Below the pieces are notes generated by a model. It ran no database searches, was not told the DNA's origin, and was given only the letters and a program-made list of their open reading frames with translations. From assembly GCA_964643895.1 (NCBI GenBank), contig CAZXUE010000006.1, positions 5,989-44,604 on the forward strand: a stretch of DNA of 38,616 nt. The letters are read 5' to 3'. This document shows positions 1-8,951 of this stretch, piece by piece (the first letter of the stretch is position 1; every line of letters begins with the position of its first letter). The DNA comes from an uncultured Candidatus Saccharibacteria bacterium (GTDB lineage: Bacteria > Patescibacteriota > Saccharimonadia > Saccharimonadales > UBA7683). The position numbers and the translations under genes are program-made.

Positions 1-740
1 AAGAATATCACCGCCGCAGCGAGCATAAACGACGCAGCGAGCAGCCCAATGGCTCCGTTAGAAAGTACGTTACCGGTGAAGTACTGCCACACCTTAAGTG
101 TTGTTGTATGATAACGCCGCAACACGCCTTTTTGCTTTAATCTTGGAAATACTGTTGTTGGGCCATATATACCAAGTGAAAGTAGCGTAAAACCAAGTAT
201 TCCTGAGAAGGTGTAATCGAACTGCGTAAGGCCTTTTGTGGCAGTAGAGACCGTCTTAGCCTCGAATGGTACGGAGGTATCTACGAATTGCTTGTTAATC
301 TCTTTGAAGATTTCATTCATGATTGAGCCGAGTGTCTGGCCAGCTTGTTGGTTACTCTCGGCGTAAAGCACCTCGGCCTTACCTGTTGGATGTTGAGCTT
401 GTCCTACAGAACCAAAATCTTCGGGCAAAATAATAGCAGCATCGAGTTGGCCTCTGTTCATTTTTTCTTTGGCCTGTTCAACTGTTGTAATCTCGTTATC
501 AATCTTGAAGATCTCGTCTTTTTTAGCCTCTTCAACAAAGTTTTTAGCAAAATCAGTTTTTGAGTTGTTTAAAAGTGCAACCCGAAACGAGATATTGCTA
601 TCACCGCGGAAAATACTGCCAAATATTACCAAAAAGATGAGTGGGAATACGAATACAAAGAATATGCCCACCTTATCGCGAAATAGCCGCTTGATATCTA
701 TTTTTGCAAAAGTGAATACAGGTCGAAATGCGCGTTTCAT
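1..740 (-). CDS. ABC-2 type transporter permease (3' end runs off the window)
   Basis: Minus-strand frame is open from ATG 738-740 to the window edge, so it has no stop and is absent from the ORF track. My translation MKRAFRPVFTFAKIDIKRLFRDKVGIFFVFVFPLIFLVIFG... shows an N-terminal TM helix, a long loop and then a TM-rich region, as in ABC-2 permeases. The start lies 1 nt after the TAG of the ATPase gene. Confidence 0.7.
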   Translation of the reverse strand, partial: MKRAFRPVFTFAKIDIKRLFRDKVGIFFVFVFPLIFLVIFGSIFRGDSNISFRVALLNNSKTDFAKNFVEEAKKDEIFKIDNEITTVEQAKEKMNRGQLDAAIILPEDFGSVGQAQHPTGKAEVLYAESNQQAGQTLGSIMNEIFKEINKQFVDTSVPFEAKTVSTATKGLTQFDYTFSGILGFTLLSLGIYGPTTVFPRLKQKGVLRRYHTTTLKVWQYFTGNVLSNGAIGLLAASFMLAAAVIF

Positions 741-741
741 A

Positions 742-1509
742 CTAATCCCTCAGGGCCTTTCCGGTTAAATCAATGAAGACATCTTCAAGATTTGCCTGCT
801 CAACATGCTGCTCTTTTTTAAACCCACGTTTCAGCAGGGCCTTTACAAGATTTTTTGGCGTATCAAGGGCTACTATTTTACCTTCATCCATAATTGCGAT
901 GCGGTCGCACAATAGTTCAGCCTCATCCATATAGTGCGTGGTGATAATAACAGTGACCCCGCGCTTGCGGACGTCTTTAATTAAATCCCAGAGATTTCGG
1001 CGAGCCTGTGGATCCAAGCCGGTAGTTGGCTCATCTAAAAAGAAGACTTTGGGGCCATGCACAAGTGCTGCGGCAATAGAAAAACGTTGCCGTTGCCCGC
1101 CAGAAAGCTGCTCAACATAACTGTTGGCCTTTTCCTCCAGCTGCACATCTTTTAAGAATTTGAGCGGGTCGACTGTTTCTCCGTAGGTTGCTGAGAAAAA
1201 CTCTATGAGCTCGGTAAGTTTAGTCTTCTCTTCAAAAGACGGCGTTTGTGGCTGTACGCCAATTAAGGCTTTGATCTTTTCACTATCAGTGGTGATATCA
1301 ATACCCGCTAAGGTTGCGGAGCCGCTATCGATAGTTCTGATAGTCTCAAGCATCTCCAGCGTGGTAGTCTTACCAGCCCCATTTGGCCCTAGAATACCGA
1401 AGACCTCACCCTTCTTCACCTCAAAACTAACACCATCAACCACGTTCTTTTTATCATAGGTTTTGGTAAGATTTTTAACTTTTAGAATAGCTACTGTCGC
1501 TTTACTCAT
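742..1509 (-). CDS. ABC transporter ATP-binding protein
   Basis: Walker A GPNGAGKTT, ABC signature LSGGQRQR, Walker B VFFLDEPTTGLD, H-loop TTHYMDEA. Confidence 0.95.
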   Translation of the reverse strand: MSKATVAILKVKNLTKTYDKKNVVDGVSFEVKKGEVFGILGPNGAGKTTTLEMLETIRTIDSGSATLAGIDITTDSEKIKALIGVQPQTPSFEEKTKLTELIEFFSATYGETVDPLKFLKDVQLEEKANSYVEQLSGGQRQRFSIAAALVHGPKVFFLDEPTTGLDPQARRNLWDLIKDVRKRGVTVIITTHYMDEAELLCDRIAIMDEGKIVALDTPKNLVKALLKRGFKKEQHVEQANLEDVFIDLTGKALRD

Positions 1510-1588
1510 AAATAAAGTCTAGCGCGACAATATAGCTTTGTCCATAAGATACCGTGCCGGTTATGTATGTCGATATTATAAAATATGT

Positions 1589-2575
1589 CTAGTTCGTCAA
1601 CTTAGGCAGCGGCGCCCAGCCGTCATACCAGACATCCCAACTGCCCTCTTTGAGATCCTGGTTGCCACCCTTGGCCCTACGCAGTCCCTTGGTTGTACCA
1701 CCACCCTGAGCCTTGAGCGTATCGGTAAGCCAGTAATCCTCTTGCCACCGAGTGGTCTCACCTTTCACACATTTTCCTGGAACCGCACCAGTCTGCCACG
1801 TTGTCGCTTGCGTTTTCTGGAACCTGAGGGCATCTTCTCTTGGAGTAACCTTTTCTTGACCAAGTATTCTGGAGGTGTAAGTTACGGAACCCGTGCATTT
1901 AAGCTGAAACTTACCATTAATCTGTTCAAAGTACTGAGCTGTGGTCTTGCCACTATATTGCCACTTTTCACCCTTAACCATTTTGCGCGGCAAGAGGATA
2001 ATTGGTGATTTTGGATCGTAAACAATCTTGTTTGGTACACTGCTGGCACTCGGGCTTGTACTACTCTTGGCACAACTCGATGCTGTTTCACTGTAGCGGA
2101 GCGTGTTGTCGGCCCACCAGCTCAAAACAGTGGAGTGGCATCGCCGATCTTGGTTTTGCGGAGCCGCATTATACATCTTGAAGGTATACTGATCTTGCGG
2201 CTCGAACCACAGAACGGAACGCTCAGGGCTGCCGTTTACATAGTTGTTACCTTCTAGATACTGACTTTTGAACAGTTGGTTATTGGGGAAGTAGGCTGCA
2301 AAGTCGTAAGCTGGCGCCTGTTGTACGGCAGCGAAGCTTCGATAGACAAGGAACCCGCCCACCAGGCTAATGGTAAGCACTAGCGGCAATGCGCGTTTTA
2401 GATCTAATTTCTTTCCAAACTTTATGCCACTTGAACCCGCAATGAACTTGCCTTCTGCATCCCGTCCTGGATATTGAGGCTTCTGAAGGAGTCCTTTTAT
2501 TTTCTGTGTGAAAGAAGCCCTTGGAACCTTGTTTACGCCACTGAGGTCCACTTTGCCGTCTTTATTGCTTTCCAT
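1589..2575 (-). CDS. hypothetical membrane-anchored protein
   Basis: 328-aa ORF with a single TM segment (ALPLVLTISLVGGFLVYRSF) followed by a large extracytoplasmic domain. AAGGAA lies upstream of the ATG. No family recognised. Confidence 0.7.
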   Translation of the reverse strand: MESNKDGKVDLSGVNKVPRASFTQKIKGLLQKPQYPGRDAEGKFIAGSSGIKFGKKLDLKRALPLVLTISLVGGFLVYRSFAAVQQAPAYDFAAYFPNNQLFKSQYLEGNNYVNGSPERSVLWFEPQDQYTFKMYNAAPQNQDRRCHSTVLSWWADNTLRYSETASSCAKSSTSPSASSVPNKIVYDPKSPIILLPRKMVKGEKWQYSGKTTAQYFEQINGKFQLKCTGSVTYTSRILGQEKVTPREDALRFQKTQATTWQTGAVPGKCVKGETTRWQEDYWLTDTLKAQGGGTTKGLRRAKGGNQDLKEGSWDVWYDGWAPLPKLTN

Positions 2576-2635
2576 ATTATTCCTTTTTTAGTATAGATAT
2601 TTTAATCGTACCATAAGCATTTTATGTTTTGCAAA

Positions 2636-2670
2636 TACAAAAACAATACGACCCCAAGGCGGGGGTCGTA
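2636..2670 (-). terminator. rho-independent terminator downstream of the 68-aa gene
   Basis: Minus-strand RNA UACGACCCC-CGCCUU-GGGGUCGUA followed by UUGUUUUU, about 25 nt after the stop at 2693. Confidence 0.75.
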
Positions 2671-2692
2671 TTTGCATCTGAATGTATCAGAA

Positions 2693-2899
2693 CTATTTCT
2701 TCTTAAGAACGAGGAAGCCGTTGCGTGGGTTTTCTTCAACCTTGCGGTCTTCTGGAAGATCAGTTGCCTCACCTTTAGCGTTGGTGTCTGACTTGCTGAA
2801 GTAATAGATTCTTTGTTCTTTGCCACCACGAAGCTTTGTTACAGATGTGAACAAATAGTATGTTACACCTTTTGAGTTTGTGTGCGAATATTGTGCCAT
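2693..2899 (-). CDS. small basic hypothetical protein (68 aa)
   Basis: A strong AGGAGG lies upstream of the ATG and a dedicated terminator lies downstream. The antisense-overlapping 2602..2829 ORF is judged spurious. Confidence 0.75.
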   Translation of the reverse strand: MAQYSHTNSKGVTYYLFTSVTKLRGGKEQRIYYFSKSDTNAKGEATDLPEDRKVEENPRNGFLVLKKK

Positions 2900-2974
2900 A
2901 AGATTAACTCCTCCTTAGGTTATAGCGTACCCTTAGACTAGATCAGGTCATATCTGTTGTCAATAGGTAATAAT

Positions 2975-3595
2975 CTAAAAATTATTTCTCAGGCGCTTTC
3001 TAATAACTAATCTGACGAGCACGTATTCAAGTATCCGGCCCAGCAACCAGAGCAAAACCACCCCTGTTAATAGCAGTGAAAAACCAGCTAAATCCGGTGT
3101 CCAAAGCGGTGAAGCAAAGGAGTAAATAAATCGGTTCTTATCAGGGAGAACAATCTGCTGTGGACCAACCCCTGGATTATTAGTCACCGCATATTCAGCA
3201 GCACACTGGGCAATACTGGCAAGCGGTATGCCCCTGCGTTCACACGCCGCGGTAGCTTCGGCGTAGACATCTCTTCCGCTATTTTTATTAGCTGCCTCGA
3301 TGACCGCTTGAGCCTGTCGGTTGTATGTGTTCACCAACTCAACTGGACGCACAATTTTGGTGTTCATGTGGTGGAACACATGATAGTTAAGGCGCTCTAA
3401 CGCGCCAGTTACATCAGCTCCGTTTTTATCAGCCGCTACTACTGCATCACGCAGTGCAACCATCCTCAGGTTGTTCTGGCGCAGTAAAAAACCCGTACAG
3501 AGCACACCTACCACTAGTAATAAAACAAGCTGCCAACTTTTAACGTGCAATCGACGCCAATGTCGTAAAAACCGTTTTTCTTGCCACCCGTTCAT
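2975..3595 (-). CDS. hypothetical membrane protein (N- and C-terminal TM helices)
   Basis: 206-aa ORF with TM segments WQLVLLLVVGVLCTGFLL and FSLLLTGVVLLWLLG. No family recognised. Confidence 0.65.
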   Translation of the reverse strand: MNGWQEKRFLRHWRRLHVKSWQLVLLLVVGVLCTGFLLRQNNLRMVALRDAVVAADKNGADVTGALERLNYHVFHHMNTKIVRPVELVNTYNRQAQAVIEAANKNSGRDVYAEATAACERRGIPLASIAQCAAEYAVTNNPGVGPQQIVLPDKNRFIYSFASPLWTPDLAGFSLLLTGVVLLWLLGRILEYVLVRLVIRKRLRNNF

Positions 3596-3741
3596 TACTG
3601 TTTATTGTAGCAGATAGTAGTTCGCTGATGGTTGGACGTTTGATTGTTTTGAATTTCAGGGTTTCGGATTAGACCAGCGGTTCGATAGTAGGATCTAGTA
3701 TTTATTTGTTATTTGGTGCTTGGTGCTTAATAATTAAGGCT

Positions 3742-5013
3742 ATGCATGTCTATTTTTCTGGGATTGGCGGGGTTGGGATTGGCCCACTGGCACTATTAGC
3801 ACTTGATGCTGGGTTCACGGTAAGTGGCTCAGATCTGCAAGCATCCGAACTCACCAAATCACTTGAAGAGCGCGGAGCGAATGTAGTGATTGGTCAAGAC
3901 GGCAAAAATCTAAAGGCAACTCACCTGGAGCAGGCTATTGATTGGTTTGTATACACCTCCGCACTGCCATCCGATCATCCCGAGCTACGCGCGGCAAATG
4001 AACAAGGTATCAAAACCAGCAAGCGGGGGGATTTCTTAAACGATCTTCTTAAACAGCTTAATCTCAAGATGATTGCCGTGGCCGGTACACACGGCAAAAC
4101 CACCACTACCGGTATGTTAATTTGGCTTTTCGAGCAGCTCGATCTACCGGTGAGTTACTCGGTTGGCACCACTCTCTCATTTGGGCCGGCAGCTCAGTAC
4201 CAAAAAGGCTCCGAACACTTCGTATATGAGTGCGATGAGTTCGACCGAAACTTCTTGGAGTTTCATCCTGAGATCAGCCTAATTACTTCTCTCGATTACG
4301 ACCACCCAGACACATACCCTTCTAGGCAAGAATATTTTGATGCGTTTACCCAGTTTAGCGAGCAATCCAAGCTCAGTGTTCTCTGGGAGCAAGATGCCGA
4401 AAAAATTCAATCTGAGGGCAACCTTTTTGTCCTAACTAAACCGCAGGAACTTGGGCAAATTACGCTTGCTGGCGAGCATAATCGTCGTAATGCCTGGTTG
4501 GCCTGCAGCACCATTAACCGCCTGGGACTGGTTGAAAATGACCTCGTAAACTGGAAGATGCTCTTGAAAAAGGTGAGCAGCTTCCCGGGTACTAATCGCC
4601 GTTTTGAAAAGCTGGCCGAAAATATCTACACTGACTACGCGCATCACCCTGCCGAAATTAAGGCTACTTTACAGATGGCAACCGAGCTCAACTCGAATGT
4701 TGTGGCTATCTACCAGCCGCACCAGAACATTCGCCAACGTGAGCTGCTGGAAAATGATGGCTACAGTGATTGCTTCTCAGATGCAAAAAAGGTCTATTGG
4801 CTACCAACTTATTTGAGCCGCGAAAATGGTGCCAAGGTGATTTCACCCCAAGAACTCAGTGCAACCGCAAAAAATACACTGATTGAAATAGCTGATACGA
4901 ACGAACAGCTACGCCAAAAAATCAAGAAACACCAAGAAGATGGTGATCTAATAGTAGCAATGTCCGCTGGTGACTTAGATGCTTGGGTCAGAGAGCAACT
5001 GTACAATAATTGA
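3742..5013 (+). CDS. murC: UDP-N-acetylmuramate--L-alanine ligase (Mur ligase family)
   Basis: N-terminal GIGGVGIGPLA..VSGSD Rossmann motif, P-loop GTHGKTTTTGM, DEFDRNF...DYDHPD, and DYAHHPAEI. I place the start at the internal ATG 3742 (MHVYFSGIGG), which has AAGG upstream. The Mpl paralogue cannot be excluded. Confidence 0.75.
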   Translation: MHVYFSGIGGVGIGPLALLALDAGFTVSGSDLQASELTKSLEERGANVVIGQDGKNLKATHLEQAIDWFVYTSALPSDHPELRAANEQGIKTSKRGDFLNDLLKQLNLKMIAVAGTHGKTTTTGMLIWLFEQLDLPVSYSVGTTLSFGPAAQYQKGSEHFVYECDEFDRNFLEFHPEISLITSLDYDHPDTYPSRQEYFDAFTQFSEQSKLSVLWEQDAEKIQSEGNLFVLTKPQELGQITLAGEHNRRNAWLACSTINRLGLVENDLVNWKMLLKKVSSFPGTNRRFEKLAENIYTDYAHHPAEIKATLQMATELNSNVVAIYQPHQNIRQRELLENDGYSDCFSDAKKVYWLPTYLSRENGAKVISPQELSATAKNTLIEIADTNEQLRQKIKKHQEDGDLIVAMSAGDLDAWVREQLYNN

Positions 5014-5692
5014 TTGGGAGGCCTTCGGCGGTAAATTTTTGTTCATAGTGAGTTTTGATTTTGTATTCATCTGGAAGATTACTTTCGTGAAGATCAAATG
5101 AGAGTTCTTGAAAGTGCCATTTTTCAGCAACGAGCTGCTCTATACTCCAGAGAAACAGTTGACGATTATCAGTTTTGAATTTAAGCAATCCTGTGTCCTT
5201 CAATAATTTGCGATATTGTTGCAAAAATGAAATATGACTTAAACGATGTTTAGCACTCCGCTCTCTCGGAAACGGATCAGGAAAAGTAAGCCAGATTTCA
5301 TCAACACTACGAGGCTCAAACACTTGTTCGAGTTCGTTAAGGTGCATTCTTAAAAACGCAATGTTTTTCACCCTTTCTTCAAGCGCTTTTTTGGCGCTTG
5401 TATATAATCTATCCGATTTAATATCTACTGCTATGAAATCTTTTTCAGGATGTCTTCGCGCCAGCTCCAAGCTAAACTGCGCATTCCCTGCCGCCAACTC
5501 CAATACCAGTGGCCGTGTTTCCAGGGTGGCACCTCGAAAGTGAGGGAAGTGTGTTTTAATTTGCTTTTTTGCAAGATCCGGGCTGCTGCCACGGTTGAAT
5601 GTGAAGCAATTTTTGTAGCTTTCAAAATGTGCAAACTTCCATTTCTTGCGTTTTCGGGTAATATACAGCCCATCACGCGGTAAAGTTTGCAC
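4988..5692 (-). CDS. trmB: tRNA (guanine-N7)-methyltransferase
   Basis: LELAAGNAQFSLELA SAM motif, FIAVDIK, and EIWLTFPDPFPRERSAKHRL, typical of TrmB. The GTG start shares 1 nt with the mazG-like stop (TAGTG). Confidence 0.85.
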   Translation of the reverse strand: MQTLPRDGLYITRKRKKWKFAHFESYKNCFTFNRGSSPDLAKKQIKTHFPHFRGATLETRPLVLELAAGNAQFSLELARRHPEKDFIAVDIKSDRLYTSAKKALEERVKNIAFLRMHLNELEQVFEPRSVDEIWLTFPDPFPRERSAKHRLSHISFLQQYRKLLKDTGLLKFKTDNRQLFLWSIEQLVAEKWHFQELSFDLHESNLPDEYKIKTHYEQKFTAEGLPINYCTVAL

Positions 5693-6033
5693 TAACGATT
5701 ATCTCCGCTACCGTGTCTAACGCCGCGTGATTTTCGACTAAGTACTTTCTCCAGATTTTGCTGCGCTACCGCTTCTAAATCTGACCCGAGCAGTGTTGCC
5801 ACCGAGTTGATATACCAGAGTACATCACCGAGTTCTTTCAGAATTTCTTTTTTGTCATCTACAGAAAGTCTACCAGCTTTATCGCGAATGAGTTTTTTAA
5901 ATTTTTCAGCGACTTCACCGCTCTCTCCAATGAGACCGAAGACCTGAGAAATTAATACTGGTTCAAGGTCCTGCATGTCGTGCCCATCAAGTAGTGTGGT
6001 GATGGCTTGTTTTGAATAGTCGTTTATCGTCAT
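5692..6033 (-). CDS. MazG-like nucleotide pyrophosphohydrolase domain protein
   Basis: 113 aa with an ExxE metal motif (GESGEVAEKFKK) and LGDVLWY, typical of the small MazG family. Confidence 0.8.
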   Translation of the reverse strand: MTINDYSKQAITTLLDGHDMQDLEPVLISQVFGLIGESGEVAEKFKKLIRDKAGRLSVDDKKEILKELGDVLWYINSVATLLGSDLEAVAQQNLEKVLSRKSRGVRHGSGDNR

Positions 6034-6151
6034 GTTTACTCCTTTACGGCTACAACTGGCTGAGCCCCGTTTATTCTATTTAATCCGTACCCTCGATAGT
6101 ACCAGATCGGTCGTCTTAGCTAAAAGCATATGTGCTTTGTTATACTAATGT

Positions 6152-7027
6152 GTGATGAGCACCGAAGCAATTCTTAAGTCATTCCAGACCTGGTCAGTTG
6201 ATCATGGCTGGAAGATTGTTTTAATCCTTATTATAGCCAGCGTTGTGCGCCGTTTTGGTGAAGCATTTTTGCGTAAGTTTATTCATCGCAGCATTCAACA
6301 TTCTGATCGTTTTGAAAACGACCGCGACCGTAAGCTTCGCGCCGATACGCTCATTAGCTTGATTGGCTCTATCATGAAGGTCATTACCTGGATCTTAATT
6401 GCCTTGTTGGTGCTTTCCGAACTTGGCGTGCTCAAAGTTTTGGCGCCTATTTTAGCTGGCGCGCTGGCAGTCGGCGGTGTACTAAGCTTGTTGCTTGGAT
6501 TTGGTATTCAAACTTTTGTAAAGGATTTTATCAGCGGCATCTTTATTGTCGTGGAAAATCAGTACCGTGTAGGCGATGTGGTTTCTCTGACTGCTACTGG
6601 CGGGGATGTGGAGGGAACAGTTATTCGTATTACGCTCAGAACAACAGTACTTCGCGATAACGACGGAGCCATTCACTTCGTGCCAAATGGCAACATTAAT
6701 CGTGCGGCTAATCAAACTCTTGACTACGCTAAGGTAAACGTTGAACTAACATTGCCGCTTGAGGCTGATTTTGACAAAGCTGAACGGGAGATTGCCGCGC
6801 TCGGTCTTGCAATGGGACAAGAAGAGTTGTGGCAGAGTTCAATGGTGCAGGCTCCGTATTATCACGGTGTTCAAACGTTTGATAAAGATCATGTTACTGT
6901 TGAGGTGCGCGCCAAAACTATTCCCGCAGAGCAGTGGCGAGTTTCTTCGGAACTACAAAAGCGTTTAGCAAAACTGGTCAGTGATGCAGACTTCTTCGTG
7001 TCTAAGAAGAAGCCTGATAAAAAGTGA
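6152..7027 (+). CDS. small-conductance mechanosensitive channel (MscS family)
   Basis: Three TM helices followed by VGDVVSL...GTVIRITLRTTVLRDNDGAIHFVPNGNI, the MscS beta-domain signature. The start is GTG 6152 or ATG 6155, directly behind a TATACT -10-like hexamer. Confidence 0.85.
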   Translation: MMSTEAILKSFQTWSVDHGWKIVLILIIASVVRRFGEAFLRKFIHRSIQHSDRFENDRDRKLRADTLISLIGSIMKVITWILIALLVLSELGVLKVLAPILAGALAVGGVLSLLLGFGIQTFVKDFISGIFIVVENQYRVGDVVSLTATGGDVEGTVIRITLRTTVLRDNDGAIHFVPNGNINRAANQTLDYAKVNVELTLPLEADFDKAEREIAALGLAMGQEELWQSSMVQAPYYHGVQTFDKDHVTVEVRAKTIPAEQWRVSSELQKRLAKLVSDADFFVSKKKPDKK

Positions 7028-7169
7028 TTGGAACTAAGCATATGGCGTAACGCCACCGCTTTCTATTCCATCGCCTCGAGCTTGTCGAAAGATCTAGCTT
7101 CACTAGAGACAAGATCGCTGATCTCTCTCCCATAGTCGAGGTAACAGCCTTACTCTGAGGTCTACCAAG

Positions 7170-7544
7170 CTACAACGAGGGCTGATCAGGAGGCGTAAGT
7201 TGTAAGGCTTGATCGCTCAGATCATTTGCGTCAAATCTGCTTAAGCCGCTCAGCGCTTTTAATTCTTCTTCAAGGTACTGAATCTTGCGCTTTGTTGCCG
7301 GGGCATCAACCGGACTGCTAGTATCGGCCCCATCATCTGCGATGCCCAATGCCTGATTCCGATGTGCTGAACCGCCACGTTCAATATCATACTTACGGTT
7401 TGGGCTATTCCAATACAGCACATACGCGACCCCGACGATCATACTGGCAGCTGCAATCGCAATAGCAAGGGCGCTTACTAAATTGAGTTGGGGCGGCCAG
7501 AAGCGACGTACCTCCTGATCTGTCTGAGGCAGGTGCTCACTCAC
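7170..7544 (-). CDS. hypothetical membrane-anchored protein
   Basis: 124-aa ORF with one TM segment (LVSALAIAIAAASMIVGVAYVLYW). Its start overlaps the upstream gene's stop by 4 nt. Confidence 0.6.
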   Translation of the reverse strand: MSEHLPQTDQEVRRFWPPQLNLVSALAIAIAAASMIVGVAYVLYWNSPNRKYDIERGGSAHRNQALGIADDGADTSSPVDAPATKRKIQYLEEELKALSGLSRFDANDLSDQALQLTPPDQPSL

Positions 7545-8110
7545 GGCTGTGCTCCGCTCTGTCCGCTGGCCAGCAGCTGTTGATGGAGGTTTTCAAGATC
7601 AGTTTTAATATTTGGGCTTAATACACTTTGCAACAGCTCGATATCTTCGGCTACCTTGGTCCGCGCTGCGCGAGCTTCATTGAGTGCAGTTACAAACGTT
7701 TCTGTATTTACGCGGCAGTCTTTCACCTTTACAACTGCTTCGCGGGCCGAATCATACTGTTCGTAGCTATTTTTGAATTGCTCTATCAGACTTGCAAGGC
7801 GATCAACATTTGCTCTCATATCAGCCGCTTTTGGCTGATTGTTACGTTCGAGCCTTACTACAAAGTTCGTCATGCGTTGATGAATGTAGCGGTACGCTTG
7901 CAAACGGTCTACACGGCCACGTAGATCTCGAAGTTTTTGAATATTTTTAAGATAATTTTGAGCAAGAATACAACGATTTTCTACATCGGTTACACCCTCC
8001 TGCTGCTGAGCCGAAACGCGAGCAACATGTACTACACCCAGTAAGCTAAGGCCGAAAATTACCAAGATTAAAAATCGATATTTCACAGCTGCTATTGTAT
8101 CATCTTGCAA
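7541..8110 (-). CDS. hypothetical secreted helical protein
   Basis: 189-aa ORF with a signal-like N-terminus (FLILVIFGLSLLGVVHVARVSAQ) and a helical, coiled-coil-like remainder. It overlaps the glycosylase gene end by 11 nt. Confidence 0.6.
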   Translation of the reverse strand: MQDDTIAAVKYRFLILVIFGLSLLGVVHVARVSAQQQEGVTDVENRCILAQNYLKNIQKLRDLRGRVDRLQAYRYIHQRMTNFVVRLERNNQPKAADMRANVDRLASLIEQFKNSYEQYDSAREAVVKVKDCRVNTETFVTALNEARAARTKVAEDIELLQSVLSPNIKTDLENLHQQLLASGQSGAQP

Positions 8111-8918
8111 GTCGATACGTTTGATTATATTCAGTAATCATACCCTCGCTTACCAGATCGTCTAACACATCTTTTAAGCGGTCATCTTGAATAACCTGAA
8201 GGAAATTTGAATAAGCTACTGCTTCTCGTGTCAGGAGTTTTATAACCTGACCCCGCACAAATCGCTTTGAACCAACAAACGCACTTTGCTTGGTATGATG
8301 TTTGCTGCGCCGGCTCGGGTTTGGAAGCGTCTGTTTTAAATATGTCCCGTAATCCATAAGTGCCCAGTACCAATGCCGCGGATTTTTTCTATCAAGTGCC
8401 TGTTGAATAAATGGTAAAAGCTGTTGATCGCTTACCCCTTCTTGGTCTGCGAAGAAATGATGCAGAAAAACGGTTCTGATATTGGTTTCAATGAATACCT
8501 CAGGCTGATTAAAGCTGTAGACTAGCATTGCTGCAGCAGTATTTGGCCCGATTCCCGGCAAACGGACCAGCTCAGCTACAGTCTGCGGTATTTTCCCCGA
8601 GTATTCGGTATTGATCTGCCCTGCCGCCTGGTGCAAAAAACGCGCCCGGCGGTTATAGCCAAGTCCCGACCACTCAATCAGCACATCAGCCAACGATGCT
8701 TTGGCTAAATCTTGCAATGTAGGAAAACGATGCATAAAAGCGGCGAATTTCGGAATGACTCGCTTCACCTGTGTTTGCTGTAGCATCAATTCGGATATCA
8801 GAATGCGGTATGGCTCAAAGCTGCCACTTGGGTCAGGGATACGCCACGGCAGCACGCGTTGGTGCTTTAAATAATACTCGTACACCTCAGTTTGAAAATT
8901 GGCTATTTCCGCACTCAT
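8100..8918 (-). CDS. HhH-GPD DNA glycosylase, MutY/Nth-like, cysteine-free
   Basis: ISELMLQQTQV (MutY catalytic Glu context) and the HhH motif LPGIGPNTAAAML. No cysteine is present, so no 4Fe-4S loop. At 272 aa it is too short to carry a MutT-like C-terminal domain. Confidence 0.7.
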   Translation of the reverse strand: MSAEIANFQTEVYEYYLKHQRVLPWRIPDPSGSFEPYRILISELMLQQTQVKRVIPKFAAFMHRFPTLQDLAKASLADVLIEWSGLGYNRRARFLHQAAGQINTEYSGKIPQTVAELVRLPGIGPNTAAAMLVYSFNQPEVFIETNIRTVFLHHFFADQEGVSDQQLLPFIQQALDRKNPRHWYWALMDYGTYLKQTLPNPSRRSKHHTKQSAFVGSKRFVRGQVIKLLTREAVAYSNFLQVIQDDRLKDVLDDLVSEGMITEYNQTYRLAR

Positions 8919-8951
8919 CAGTACTTAACTATATCGATTAAGACAAGGATT

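Noticed and set aside
1538-2008. A 156-aa plus-strand ORF, plus many other ORFs of 60-130 aa antisense to long genes (for example 11707..12096, 18721..19110, 24976..25374, 34068..34718 and 35343..35780).
   Set aside because: All lie fully inside longer ORFs on the opposite strand that have recognisable domains or membrane topology. They have low-complexity, Ser/Cys/Arg-rich translations typical of antisense frames. The pair at 34068-34718 merely mirrors the adhesin tandem repeats.
3706-3741. N-terminal extensions in the ORF track for murC (3706), aspS (19307), DsbA-like (20293) and the zinc-ribbon-HTH gene (35338).
   Set aside because: Internal ATGs coincide with the conserved protein N-termini and have SD-like sequences at proper spacing. 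The extensions have neither.
7043-7141. Nested inverted repeats lie in the convergent mscS / 124-aa gene spacer. They are TGGCG-TAA-CGCCA, then CCTCGA(G)...TCGAGG enclosing CTTGTC-(gaaaga)-TCTAG-cttca-CTAGA-GACAAG.
   Set aside because: No U-tract follows on either strand and no known RNA motif is recognisable. The region is only about 100 nt and lies between two gene ends. It is most likely termination or stability hairpins rather than a discrete element.
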